Notes: generated by a model not told the origin, from the letters alone. DNA of 30,800 bases from Thermoplasmatota archaeon (GCA_029762535.1 JARVGK010000038.1:1-30800); one strand, 5' to 3'. Positions 17,372-26,194 are shown, numbered from the stretch's first letter. Numbers and translations are program-made.

Positions 17372-18231
17372 GGGGGCCAGCCTCCTCCGAGCGTTTCGAT
17401 CAGCGCTCTTTTCATAACCTCAACGGGGGCTTTGGACCCCGTCCAGATCTCGTAGGACCGGGCACCCTGCCAAAGGAGCATGTCATGACCCTGAACGGTC
17501 CTTGCTCCGATATCCTTTGCCCTATCGAGAAAACGGGTATGTTTTGGATTGTACACGACATCCATCACGGTCATGCTCTCGTTCAGCAGTTCGGGGTCAA
17601 GGGGAACCTCATCAGGGAATCCGGCCATGCCAAGAGGGGTGCAGTTTATGACAAGATCAAGGGCCTTCATATCCTCCTCCCCTTCCTCGAGGACCCTGGC
17701 ATCGGTCATTTTAGATAGATGGGCCGCAAGCTCCCTGGCCCTAGGGGTCGACCTGTTCGTTATGAGGATGTCCATTCCGCACTCGGCAAGGCAGTATCCT
17801 ATGGCCCTTGACGCGTGCCCCGCTCCTATCAACAGTGCCTTTTTACCCTCGAACGGGATGAACCCGTTCGCTCGCAGGGCGTCCATGGCCCCCCTGCCGT
17901 CGGTGTTGTGGCCGATGAGATCGCCCCTGCGGTTCTCTATGACGTTGACGGCGCCTATGCCCTGGGCATGATCGTCGATCCCATCAAGATGTGCCATGAC
18001 GGCGCTCTTGTGGGGGATCGTCACGTTGATCCCGGATATGCCCATCTCCCTTGCCCCCCGGAGGAAGGCCTCCAGACCCCGCCCGTCTATCCTGAACGCC
18101 AGGTACACTGCGTTCGTTCCGTCGTTCAGGAATGCCGCGTTGTGCATGGACGGGGACATGGAATGCCCAACGGGATCGCCTATCAGGCAGTAAAGGCGGG
18201 TCCCCGCATCGATCCTATGGGTCGTAACCAT
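17368..18231 (-). CDS. aroE: Shikimate dehydrogenase
   Basis: GDPVGHSMSP, NVTIPHK, GAVN, GHNTD, GAG, NRS, DVVYNP, MLLWQG. Confidence 0.94.
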   Translation of the reverse strand: MVTTHRIDAGTRLYCLIGDPVGHSMSPSMHNAAFLNDGTNAVYLAFRIDGRGLEAFLRGAREMGISGINVTIPHKSAVMAHLDGIDDHAQGIGAVNVIENRRGDLIGHNTDGRGAMDALRANGFIPFEGKKALLIGAGHASRAIGYCLAECGMDILITNRSTPRARELAAHLSKMTDARVLEEGEEDMKALDLVINCTPLGMAGFPDEVPLDPELLNESMTVMDVVYNPKHTRFLDRAKDIGARTVQGHDMLLWQGARSYEIWTGSKAPVEVMKRALIETLGGGWPP

Positions 18232-18919
18232 CCCTCCGCAGTATTGACCAGAAACACTTCAACGTCCTTATGTCCAACTGATCGACGGCCGATGTATCGT
18301 CCATGGGGCAATAAACGATCTCGGACCCCGATAGTGGAGCCAGTATCCTCGTTATATGGCCGAAAGGTCCCATGCCCATGATCGAGCATCTCATACCCTC
18401 ATCATGAGCGGTACAGGCCAGCTCAAGTATGGCACGGGAGTCCTCGGCGGAGCGGGTCATGAATGCAGCCTTGATGATGTTCGCCCCCGCCCTGGCGCAG
18501 CGGTCCACGATCGCCCTCATATGATCGAAGGGAGGTGTGGAGGAATGGTCGTGATGGGAGATGATCACCTCAACCCCCGAGGACCTCGCCCTTTCCACGA
18601 GGGGATCCCTGAATCGTTGGGACATGCCCAATTCCACATCGATGAGGTCCGGCCCGCTGTCGATGATGCGCATCAGCGCTTCCGAGGCCGCCTCATCCCC
18701 GCCTTTGAAATGACCACCGTCCTGCCCGGACCTGAGCGTTATCACGCTTCGCATCCCGATCCTTCCCAACCCTTTCTGATGGGACGGGCTCCATTCGATG
18801 CGGTCCTGATGGTCCAGCCTGATCTCGACCATATCGGCCCCTAATGATCCGCATGCCGGGGCCAGTTCAAGCGCCGCCTGGGCGCTCCGTTGTCGAAGCG
18901 TCACGCAGATCGATGTCAT
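18215..18919 (-). CDS. aroD: Type I 3-dehydroquinate dehydratase
   Basis: VEIRLD, TLRS..DGG, IDVEL, IISHHD, IIK, MGMG..G..TR. Confidence 0.88.
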   Translation of the reverse strand: MTSICVTLRQRSAQAALELAPACGSLGADMVEIRLDHQDRIEWSPSHQKGLGRIGMRSVITLRSGQDGGHFKGGDEAASEALMRIIDSGPDLIDVELGMSQRFRDPLVERARSSGVEVIISHHDHSSTPPFDHMRAIVDRCARAGANIIKAAFMTRSAEDSRAILELACTAHDEGMRCSIMGMGPFGHITRILAPLSGSEIVYCPMDDTSAVDQLDIRTLKCFWSILRRDGYDP

Positions 18920-18931
18920 ATATCCTCCTCA

Positions 18932-19966
18932 TCACAGCTCCTTTATGCTCTCCTTGACCTTCGTTCCGAAATGCCTTCCGCCCTCGGAGACCATCAATGA
19001 TACCTCATCACCTTTTTTCAGCTCTACAAGGGAAACGGCCTTTCCCCCGGAGACGAGCCTCACGGTCTCCGCGTTCTGAAGTATGATATTGTAGATATCA
19101 CCGCCGTGCTCGGCCGAAACCAGGACCAGCGGCCTCTTCTCTATCTTCAACCTGCCGATGATCACGCTCCTCGCGTTGCCCTTGGAGTCCACGGCGAGGA
19201 GCTCATCCCCTGTCCTGAGATCGGATAGATAAGGCGTTCTGTCCCCGGCGGCTAGGGCATAGGATTGGACCGATCCAGCGTTCACCCTGAACGGCCTTGC
19301 GCTCGCGTACTCCGAATCTATGGACTCCGAGTGGACCAGGAACAGGCCGGAGGACCGCGAGCCGATCAGCATCCCCTCTCCGGTCCTGAGCATGGAGCAT
19401 GTATCTATGCAAACCCGATCCCCTTGGCCCAGCGACCTGATCTCCACAACGCGGGCCTGGACCAGGTCCACACGTTCTGCCCTCAATTCGTCCAGGATAC
19501 GCCTGGAACGTATCACGTCCTCTGGGGAGGCGGGTTCAAGCAGTATCCCGTCGACCCCCGCCTCCAGCGCACCGAAGAACAGGGGGATCTCCTCCGGATC
19601 GCTGACCTGTGCCACCAGATCGGTCCCGCTGCCCTGGAAGGCGGCTATCAGGTTCTCCATCGGGATCACCTTCCAGTCATCGACGCTGACGACGACCATA
19701 TCCGCCTTCCCCGCGAGGCGGGAGGCCTCGGTCTCGTCGTCCTTGCCGGATATCCGCAGCATCATTCCTTCCCTGCCATCGACAGATATTGACCCATCCT
19801 TTACGGATATGATCTGGAACCGGCCTATCCTGAGAAATGATTCGATGTCCTCTTCCCTCACGGCTATTGACAGGAGATCGCTCTCCAGGGCCGCGGTGAG
19901 TATGGCCTTTCTCTCATCTCTGCCCTGCGCAGTGTCAGCTCTGACCCAGACGAACTTGTCCTTCAA
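18932..19966 (-). CDS. aroB': 3-dehydroquinate synthase type II (archaeal)
   Basis: DWKVIPMENLIA, GDRVCIDTC, GEGMLIGS, RPFRVNAG, YLSDL, ILQNAETVRL, GRHFG. Confidence 0.94.
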   Translation of the reverse strand: MKDKFVWVRADTAQGRDERKAILTAALESDLLSIAVREEDIESFLRIGRFQIISVKDGSISVDGREGMMLRISGKDDETEASRLAGKADMVVVSVDDWKVIPMENLIAAFQGSGTDLVAQVSDPEEIPLFFGALEAGVDGILLEPASPEDVIRSRRILDELRAERVDLVQARVVEIRSLGQGDRVCIDTCSMLRTGEGMLIGSRSSGLFLVHSESIDSEYASARPFRVNAGSVQSYALAAGDRTPYLSDLRTGDELLAVDSKGNARSVIIGRLKIEKRPLVLVSAEHGGDIYNIILQNAETVRLVSGGKAVSLVELKKGDEVSLMVSEGGRHFGTKVKESIKEL

Positions 19967-20766
19967 CCCTTACCCTCCAGTCCCTCGAGGGCCTCCTCCA
20001 CATCGTATCTATCGATCACGACCCTCCTTATGGCCCTGACCATCTTCGTGGGGTCGGGATGCTGGAAGACGTTCCTGCCAATGGATACGCCCTTCCCGCC
20101 CGCGGTCATGGCCTCCTTCACCATCTCCAGGACCTGGCGGTCGGTCTCCATCCTCGGGCCGCCGGCTATCAGGACCGGGACGGGGCACCCTCTTGTGACC
20201 TCCCGGAACGTATCGATGTCCCCGGGATAGTTCGTCTTGATGATATCGGCCCCGAGCTCCGCCCCGAGCCTAGCTATGTGCTTTATCGAATCGGGGTCCA
20301 GCTCGTCCTTGATGTTCTTGCCCCTGGTGTACATCATCGCCAGGAGCGGCACCTGCCATTCCCTGCAGGATCGGGACACCTCTCCTAGGTCGAAGAGCAT
20401 CTCCCTCTCCGTCTCCGCGCCCACGTTGATATGTACCGACACCGCGTCGGCTCCCAGCCTCAAGGCCTCCTCGACGGAGCTGACCAGTATCTTCGCGTTC
20501 GGATAGGGGCCGATATGGGTGCTGGCCGATATGTGAAGGATCAGCCCGATCTTCCCTCCGACATCTTTGAGGCCCTCGCCGACCAAGCCCTTGTGTATGC
20601 TCACGGAGGTGGCCCCTCCCGCGGCGACCTTGTTTATAGTGCTTCTTATGTCCATCAAACCCTTTATCGGCCCCACGGTCACGCCGTGGTCCATCGGCAC
20701 CAGTACGAACCTTCCCGTCCTCATGTGTCCGATGCGCCTCATCCTTATCTCGTGTCCGTTCGTCAT
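19963..20766 (-). CDS. aroA': 2-amino-3,7-dideoxy-D-threo-hept-6-ulosonate (ADH) synthase, DhnA-type aldolase
   Basis: PMDHG, HKG, GADAVSVHIN, MMYTRG, GADIIKTNY, IAGG, GRNVFQH; adjacent to DHQ synthase II. Confidence 0.9.
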   Translation of the reverse strand: MTNGHEIRMRRIGHMRTGRFVLVPMDHGVTVGPIKGLMDIRSTINKVAAGGATSVSIHKGLVGEGLKDVGGKIGLILHISASTHIGPYPNAKILVSSVEEALRLGADAVSVHINVGAETEREMLFDLGEVSRSCREWQVPLLAMMYTRGKNIKDELDPDSIKHIARLGAELGADIIKTNYPGDIDTFREVTRGCPVPVLIAGGPRMETDRQVLEMVKEAMTAGGKGVSIGRNVFQHPDPTKMVRAIRRVVIDRYDVEEALEGLEGKG

Positions 20767-20785
20767 CTCTCTCACGCTCCATACG

Positions 20786-21712
20786 TCATGTGACTCCAGC
20801 TATGAAGGTCAAGGCCAGCACGGCCGTCAGAGTAAGGAGGTATCCTATGTGCAGCTTTCTCGCCGAGGCTTTCGTGTACCTCCTGAATATGGATATGCAA
20901 AGGTAAAGACATATCGCCTCCCACGTGAGAACGAGCAGGAGGACCGCCGCCTGCACCACAAATTGCGTTTCGTGTATGAAGAAGTACGAATAGGCCCACA
21001 GCGAGATCCCGATGACCGAGAATACGAAAGAGGCCCCCGATGCTGCCTTGTTCCCCAGAAGGACCGAGGTCGTTATCTTCCCCGAATCCCTGTCGTTCTC
21101 CAGGTCCCTTAAGTCCTTCGCAAGCGTCTCCGCGATCCCGACGAACAACACCATCACGGCCAGGAAGTAGAGGCCGTTCAGTATGTTCTGATAGGGGATC
21201 GATTCGTACCTGACGAGATACGCAGATATCGTGAGATAGTACAGTATGGCGAAGAGGACCCAGAACAGCTGGGATACGAAGGGGCGCCCGTTCATCTTCA
21301 AGGGGGGCAGCGAATACTGATGGGCCAAAAGGACCAATGACAGGGTGAATATGAACACATAGATGTCGAGCATCAGGGCGAGGAGAAGGCCCAACGCGAA
21401 AAGGGAATATGCCTGTATCCTTGCCGATCTCATGCTGACGGTCCCCTTGCAGAGGGGGCGGTCCTTTCGCGAGCTCTCCGTGCTGATACGGTCGGATGCG
21501 ATGTCGCCAATATCGTTGAGGGTACATGCCCCGGCATCCGTCAGGAGGGAGGTCAATATGAACAGCAGGAAATGGACCCGGGGAAGATGCTGTGTCAATA
21601 CCGCGTAGCTTGCGAACCCTATGAATATATCGAACCAGATGAGCTGTATGGGGCGCATGAGTATGAAATGCCCCTTGATCCTCTCAAGGAGGCCGAAGCC
21701 GGATCCCGTCAA
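20786..21712 (-). CDS. UbiA-family membrane prenyltransferase
   Basis: N-terminal LMRP, NDIGDIASD..., RPL..G, second motif KDLRDLENDRDSGKITT; polytopic. Confidence 0.9.
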   Translation of the reverse strand: MTGSGFGLLERIKGHFILMRPIQLIWFDIFIGFASYAVLTQHLPRVHFLLFILTSLLTDAGACTLNDIGDIASDRISTESSRKDRPLCKGTVSMRSARIQAYSLFALGLLLALMLDIYVFIFTLSLVLLAHQYSLPPLKMNGRPFVSQLFWVLFAILYYLTISAYLVRYESIPYQNILNGLYFLAVMVLFVGIAETLAKDLRDLENDRDSGKITTSVLLGNKAASGASFVFSVIGISLWAYSYFFIHETQFVVQAAVLLLVLTWEAICLYLCISIFRRYTKASARKLHIGYLLTLTAVLALTFIAGVT

Positions 21713-21715
21713 CTC

Positions 21716-23032
21716 TCACGCCCCCTCTATGATCTCGCCTTTGCCGCTTATCTCGTCGACCACCCTCGATAGGGCCTTTCCCGGCCTGACTTCGCGGTAG
21801 TCATATAGCGTCCCGGGTTCAACGATGTCAACGGTCGAGGGCACGCCCAATTCCTTCTGGAAATTCCTGCGTATCCCTTCATTCAATTCGGCGGCCTTGC
21901 CCCTGTGCTCGATCTCTATGTGCAGGCCCTCGCTGCGGACGGTTATTCGATACCACGGGCCGTTGATATGGGACCTGTAGAGGATATCCTCGAGCTCTAT
22001 CGGGTAGATGTCCCTCCCATTTATCCTGATAAGGGTCCTCTTCCTGCCGAAGATCTCCATCGATGGAAGGGGAAGGCCGCATGGACAGGGATCGTCATGT
22101 AGGGCTATCACATCGCCCGTGACGTATCTGAGGATCGGCTGGGCCTCCCTCCACGTGGGGGTCACTATTGAATGCCCTTTCTCCCCCGGGTCCGCCTTCG
22201 TTCCATCCTCTCTGTAGACCTCGGTGTACATGGCGAACGAGGGCAGATGAAGGACGTTATTCCTGCAAGGGATCGCCACCCCGACCTCGTTCTGACCGAG
22301 CAGGGACAGCGCCCTGCAGCCATACAGCTTACCCAGGACCTTCGCCCTGGAGGAGGATAGTGGCTCAGCACCGGAGACGATCAATCGTATCCCAAGCGAT
22401 GTCGGGTCGATCCCCCTGTCCATGAGTATGTTGGCGTAGGAGAACGCGTCCGTTGCGACCGAGCCCAGTATGGTCGGTTTGAGCCTGAGCAGGGTATCGA
22501 CGACCTCCTCCGGAGGGTACATGTTGTTCCTCGTCCCCATGGGGATGATCGTCACCCCCCTTTTCTGGTTTATCATGTCCGCCATCCTCCCTGCGAGGGT
22601 CCTGGTGTACGGATAGCAGAGGGCGACGACGTCCTTAGGGGACATCATATCCTGGAAGACCGGGAGGCTCACGGCCATCCCGACGCTGCGCTCTATCTCG
22701 TCTCGGGTCACCCACAGCGGCACGTGGCCTCCCGTGGTCCCGGAGGTCTGTGAATAGATCATGCACTTCTCCCCCGGCCTGACGGCCAGGGTGTCGTAGG
22801 GTCCGGCCTCCACGAGCTCCTCCCTCGTTGTCGGGGGGACCATCTCGTTGAAATCGCTCAAGGTCTTGATCCTGTCCGGGACCACTCCGGCATCCTTGAG
22901 CTTCCTTGCATAGAACCTGCTCTTGTAGGAATATTTTATAGCCCGCTTCAGCCTCTTGAGGACCATCTTATCGCTGTTGGCGTACCTGAGAAGCCCCGGA
23001 TGCTTCTTCAGAACATACGCTTTTAGGTCCAC
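21716..23032 (-). CDS. PaaK / coenzyme F390 synthetase-like adenylate-forming enzyme
   Basis: QTSGTTG P-loop, SGAEP, LGQNE, PILRYVTGD, CPCG, FGR, IYPIELE. Confidence 0.88.
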   Translation of the reverse strand: MDLKAYVLKKHPGLLRYANSDKMVLKRLKRAIKYSYKSRFYARKLKDAGVVPDRIKTLSDFNEMVPPTTREELVEAGPYDTLAVRPGEKCMIYSQTSGTTGGHVPLWVTRDEIERSVGMAVSLPVFQDMMSPKDVVALCYPYTRTLAGRMADMINQKRGVTIIPMGTRNNMYPPEEVVDTLLRLKPTILGSVATDAFSYANILMDRGIDPTSLGIRLIVSGAEPLSSSRAKVLGKLYGCRALSLLGQNEVGVAIPCRNNVLHLPSFAMYTEVYREDGTKADPGEKGHSIVTPTWREAQPILRYVTGDVIALHDDPCPCGLPLPSMEIFGRKRTLIRINGRDIYPIELEDILYRSHINGPWYRITVRSEGLHIEIEHRGKAAELNEGIRRNFQKELGVPSTVDIVEPGTLYDYREVRPGKALSRVVDEISGKGEIIEGA

Positions 23033-23050
23033 TCTGTCACTTCCTCTACA

Positions 23051-24115
23051 TCAAGTCTTGAAGTCGTATCTCAACCGCTCCTGCCTTGGAACGAGCGAAT
23101 CGTGGTCCAGGATCCCCGATATCATCAGATGATCGACCGTGACGATGGCGCTCACCGCCTCTGCGACCACGAGGACCCTGGGGGTGTAGTTCGCATCGAA
23201 CCTGCCCTCCGTCGATATGGTGGCGTTCTCCATTTTTGTCAGATCAACGGTGTCCTGAAAGGACAGGACCGAGGGAGTGGGCTTCACAATTGCCCTGAAG
23301 ACGACCGGCGGCCCGCAGGTGATGCCCCCGAGAACGCCCCCGGCCCTGTTCGAGGCGGGGGCGACGATGCCGTTCTTGACCCTGATGGGGTCGTTGAACT
23401 CGGTCGCTTTCATCTTCGCGGCCTCCCTGCTGGAACCGAGCTCGAAGGATTTGATACCGGGAATGCTCAATATCCCATGCCCCAGGTCCGCATGGAAGCG
23501 GTTGAAGGCAGGTGCTCCGAGCCCCGGAGGCAGTCCTTCTATCCGGACCTCGATGATGCCTCCGGTGGCATCCTCCTCCTTCGCGGACGTCTCCGCCAGC
23601 CTCTCGATCTCGGATCGGAGGTTGGAGTCAGTGATCGGTCTACCACCAAGCTCCACGATCGAGCTTCCTACCCTCACGTTCCTTATGGAGCAGAGGCTTC
23701 TGGCCACACCCCCGGCGGCTATGATCGGTGCCCAGGTCCTGCCGCTGGCCCTGGACCCGCCCCTCCAGTCGACATGGCCGTATTTCATCCTGTACGCCAG
23801 GTCCGCATGTCCGGGCCTGGGCCTTGACATTATCTTGAGGTACTTGTCGCTCTCGACGTTCGAGTTCCTTATAATTATCGATATCGGCGTGCCGATGGTC
23901 TCACCCTGGAACACGCCGCTCAATATCTGGAATCTGTTCTCCTCCACCCGCCTCGTAAGAACGGGATAGGGAACGTCACGATCCAGTTCCTCCCTGATGA
24001 TGTCGGGCCCCATCTTCAAACCGGCAGGGCAGCCGTCTATGACGCAGCCCATGCTGTCGCCGTGGGATTCACCCCAGGTCGTCACCCTGAACATGTGGCC
24101 GATCGTATTTCCCAC
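23051..24115 (-). CDS. aroC: Chorismate synthase family protein (divergent motifs)
   Basis: TTWGESHG, GTPI, RPGHAD, RASGRTW, SIPGIK, GGVLGGIT, KPTPS, GRFD..YTPR. Confidence 0.88.
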   Translation of the reverse strand: MGNTIGHMFRVTTWGESHGDSMGCVIDGCPAGLKMGPDIIREELDRDVPYPVLTRRVEENRFQILSGVFQGETIGTPISIIIRNSNVESDKYLKIMSRPRPGHADLAYRMKYGHVDWRGGSRASGRTWAPIIAAGGVARSLCSIRNVRVGSSIVELGGRPITDSNLRSEIERLAETSAKEEDATGGIIEVRIEGLPPGLGAPAFNRFHADLGHGILSIPGIKSFELGSSREAAKMKATEFNDPIRVKNGIVAPASNRAGGVLGGITCGPPVVFRAIVKPTPSVLSFQDTVDLTKMENATISTEGRFDANYTPRVLVVAEAVSAIVTVDHLMISGILDHDSLVPRQERLRYDFKT

Positions 24116-24124
24116 CAGGCGAGA

Positions 24125-24625
24125 TCACCCCTGGGGATTGGGTGCGAAGATCAGCCTCTTCTCCTTTGAGGACCCGGGCTTCTCTACGACGAGGAACTGG
24201 CCCTGGAAAGCCAGCTCCAGAAGTATGACGAGGATCGGGGAGACGATCGCGGTCGCGAAGAAACCGATGCTCATCTGCCATACTGTGGATATGCCCATGA
24301 ACAGGGCGATCGCTATGATCAGGACGAATATCGGAACGTAGATGACCAGTACCGTTCGGCCTTCGAGGACCACGCCTTTCTTGGGGTTCCCTTTTGCCCT
24401 GAACATGTTGAGAAGCGTCAGCCCCGTCATCGTCAGCAAACCAAGGACCACCCCGAGGACGATGAAGACTATCTTGTAATCGTAATAGTTGGGGAACTCC
24501 CTCGCGTAGTTCCTCAGCATCAGAAGCGAGACAATGGTGTAGAGCAGCGGCAGGACGCAGCCCTTGGCAATGCGCTTCCAGTACCTGTAGCGATCGCCTT
24601 CGATCTCCGGGTTGTCCGAGGTCAT
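24125..24625 (-). CDS. Hypothetical 4-TM membrane protein, first gene of the aro/ubiA run
   Basis: Four hydrophobic stretches; 9 nt from aroC; TATA-like AAAACCTTAATTA on the - strand at about 24722-24734. Confidence 0.7.
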   Translation of the reverse strand: MTSDNPEIEGDRYRYWKRIAKGCVLPLLYTIVSLLMLRNYAREFPNYYDYKIVFIVLGVVLGLLTMTGLTLLNMFRAKGNPKKGVVLEGRTVLVIYVPIFVLIIAIALFMGISTVWQMSIGFFATAIVSPILVILLELAFQGQFLVVEKPGSSKEKRLIFAPNPQG

Positions 24626-24783
24626 TTCCGTCCCATCCCATGAACGTTCAAAAGGGCCGGATCCCAACTTGGATGTATACACCTGACCCGTCCCTTTTTT
24701 AGAACAATTGGGACATGCAGGTAATTAAGGTTTTGACCTGGGTTATCTCCTGGCGAACTGAAGGCGGATGGGGACTCGAAGGG

Positions 24784-25749
24784 TCATAAGAGCTTCTTCG
24801 AGAGCTTCTCTATCATATCTTTAGTCATCGAGGAGATGTCGTAGGTGGGGGACCAGCCCCATTCCTTTCTGGCGGCGGAGTCATCGAGGGATTTCGGCCA
24901 GGAATCCGCGATGGCCTGCCTGAAGTCGGGCTTGCATGTGATCTCGAAGTCCGGGATGTGCTTCTTGATCTCATCAGCGAGCTCTCCCGCGGAAAAGGAC
25001 ATCGATCCCACGTTGAAGTCGGAATGGTGGATGAGGTTCTCTATAGGGGCCTCCATGAGGTCCACCAGCGCCTTTAGGGCATCGGGCATGTACATCATGG
25101 GAAGGATCGTGTCCTCCCTCACGAAGCACTCGTAGCGTCTGTTCTTTATGGCCTCGTAGTAGATCGCGACGGCGTAATCCGTGGTTCCGCCTCCCGGGGG
25201 CGTCTCCGAGGATATGATCCCGGGGTATCTGAGCCCTCTAACGTCCACCCCGAACTTCCTGAAGTAGTAGTCGCCCAGAAGCTCCCCCGCGACCTTGGTG
25301 ACGCCGTACATCGTTCTTGGCTTGAGTACCGTTTCCTGGGGCGTGTTGTCCCTGGGCGTTTCGGGGCCGAAGGCTGCTATCGATGAGGGATTGATGACGC
25401 GGGAGAGGTCCTTCTCCCTGGCGCATTCGAGGACGTTGTGGAAGCCGTTCATGTTCACGTCCCAGCACAGCATGGGGTTCTTCTCACCGGTCGCGGAGAG
25501 GATCGCCGCGAGGTTGATGATGGTGTCGATATTGTATTCGTCCACCACCTTGTCGAGGTCCGCCCGGTCGTTGATGTTCACGGTCACGACGGGGCCAGTC
25601 TCATAGATGATGGCGGGGGGCTTTGTCCGGTTGATCCCGGCGACAACGTTGTCGTTCCCGTATATGTTCCTCAGGTATGGGACGAGTTCTGATCCTATCT
25701 GCCCGGCGGATCCCGTCACGAGGATCCTCTTTATCGGCTTGGTCGTCAT
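24784..25749 (-). CDS. tdh: L-threonine 3-dehydrogenase (SDR / epimerase type)
   Basis: GSAGQIG, LAAILSATGE, PSSIAAFG, MYGVTK, PGGGTTDYAV, PMMYMPD, RQAIADSWP; GGTGA SD before ATG 25749. Confidence 0.9.
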   Translation of the reverse strand: MTTKPIKRILVTGSAGQIGSELVPYLRNIYGNDNVVAGINRTKPPAIIYETGPVVTVNINDRADLDKVVDEYNIDTIINLAAILSATGEKNPMLCWDVNMNGFHNVLECAREKDLSRVINPSSIAAFGPETPRDNTPQETVLKPRTMYGVTKVAGELLGDYYFRKFGVDVRGLRYPGIISSETPPGGGTTDYAVAIYYEAIKNRRYECFVREDTILPMMYMPDALKALVDLMEAPIENLIHHSDFNVGSMSFSAGELADEIKKHIPDFEITCKPDFRQAIADSWPKSLDDSAARKEWGWSPTYDISSMTKDMIEKLSKKLL

Positions 25750-25870
25750 GTTAGCTTCACCTTTGAGCCCCCGTAAAAAGTCCTGCCTCATCAAAATTTG
25801 CATGGGGGATCCCATCGGAAAAGGTTTTATCCCATTCGCAGATGAGGATACCCTCGATCCAAGATAAATC

Positions 25871-25943
25871 GGGCCGATGGTCTAGGGGTTATGACGTCGC
25901 GCTTACAACGCGGAGGTCCCCGGTTCAAATCCGGGTCGGCCCA
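25871..25943 (+). tRNA. tRNA-Val(TAC), no intron, CCA not encoded
   Basis: Acceptor GGGCCGA/TCGGCCC plus A; anticodon arm TCGCG-CTTACAA-CGCGG; T arm CCCGG-TTCAAAT-CCGGG; T-run downstream; AAAAGGTTTTAT upstream. Confidence 0.96.
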
Positions 25944-26069
25944 TTTTATAATTATTTTCGGAGCATTTTTCTTTCCCGGATTTGAACCTTGGTTTCTTTG
26001 GAAGGAGAACGATCAGGATATGTCAAAGTTCCAAAGATCGGGGAAATGGCATCAGCCATTTTCCAACGA

Positions 26070-26194
26070 CAAATCCGGGTCGGCCCACTCGATTTTCATT
26101 AATGATTATTTGCAGAGTGGGACGACCCGAATAATTAATGAGAGTACATTGAGAGTGAAAATCCGAAGGATTTTTACGGATCCGGGTCGGCCCA
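26070..26194. repeat. Copies of the tRNA 3' end (att-like): two direct, one inverted
   Basis: CAAATCCGGGTCGGCCCA at 26070-26087 equals 25926-25943; ATCCGGGTCGGCCCA at 26180-26194; an inverted copy at 26115-26132 matches 26073-26090 at 16 of 18. Confidence 0.85.

Noticed and set aside
18932-23032. Benzoxazole-type biosynthetic cluster
   Set aside because: No amidohydrolase-like condensing enzyme is present, and coupled aroD, aroE and aroK point to dehydroquinate/shikimate flux. Kept only as an alternative hypothesis.
25926-26194. Repeats after the tRNA as a CRISPR array
   Set aside because: Units are only 15-18 nt, identical to the tRNA 3' end, with spacers of about 90-125 nt and no cas genes.
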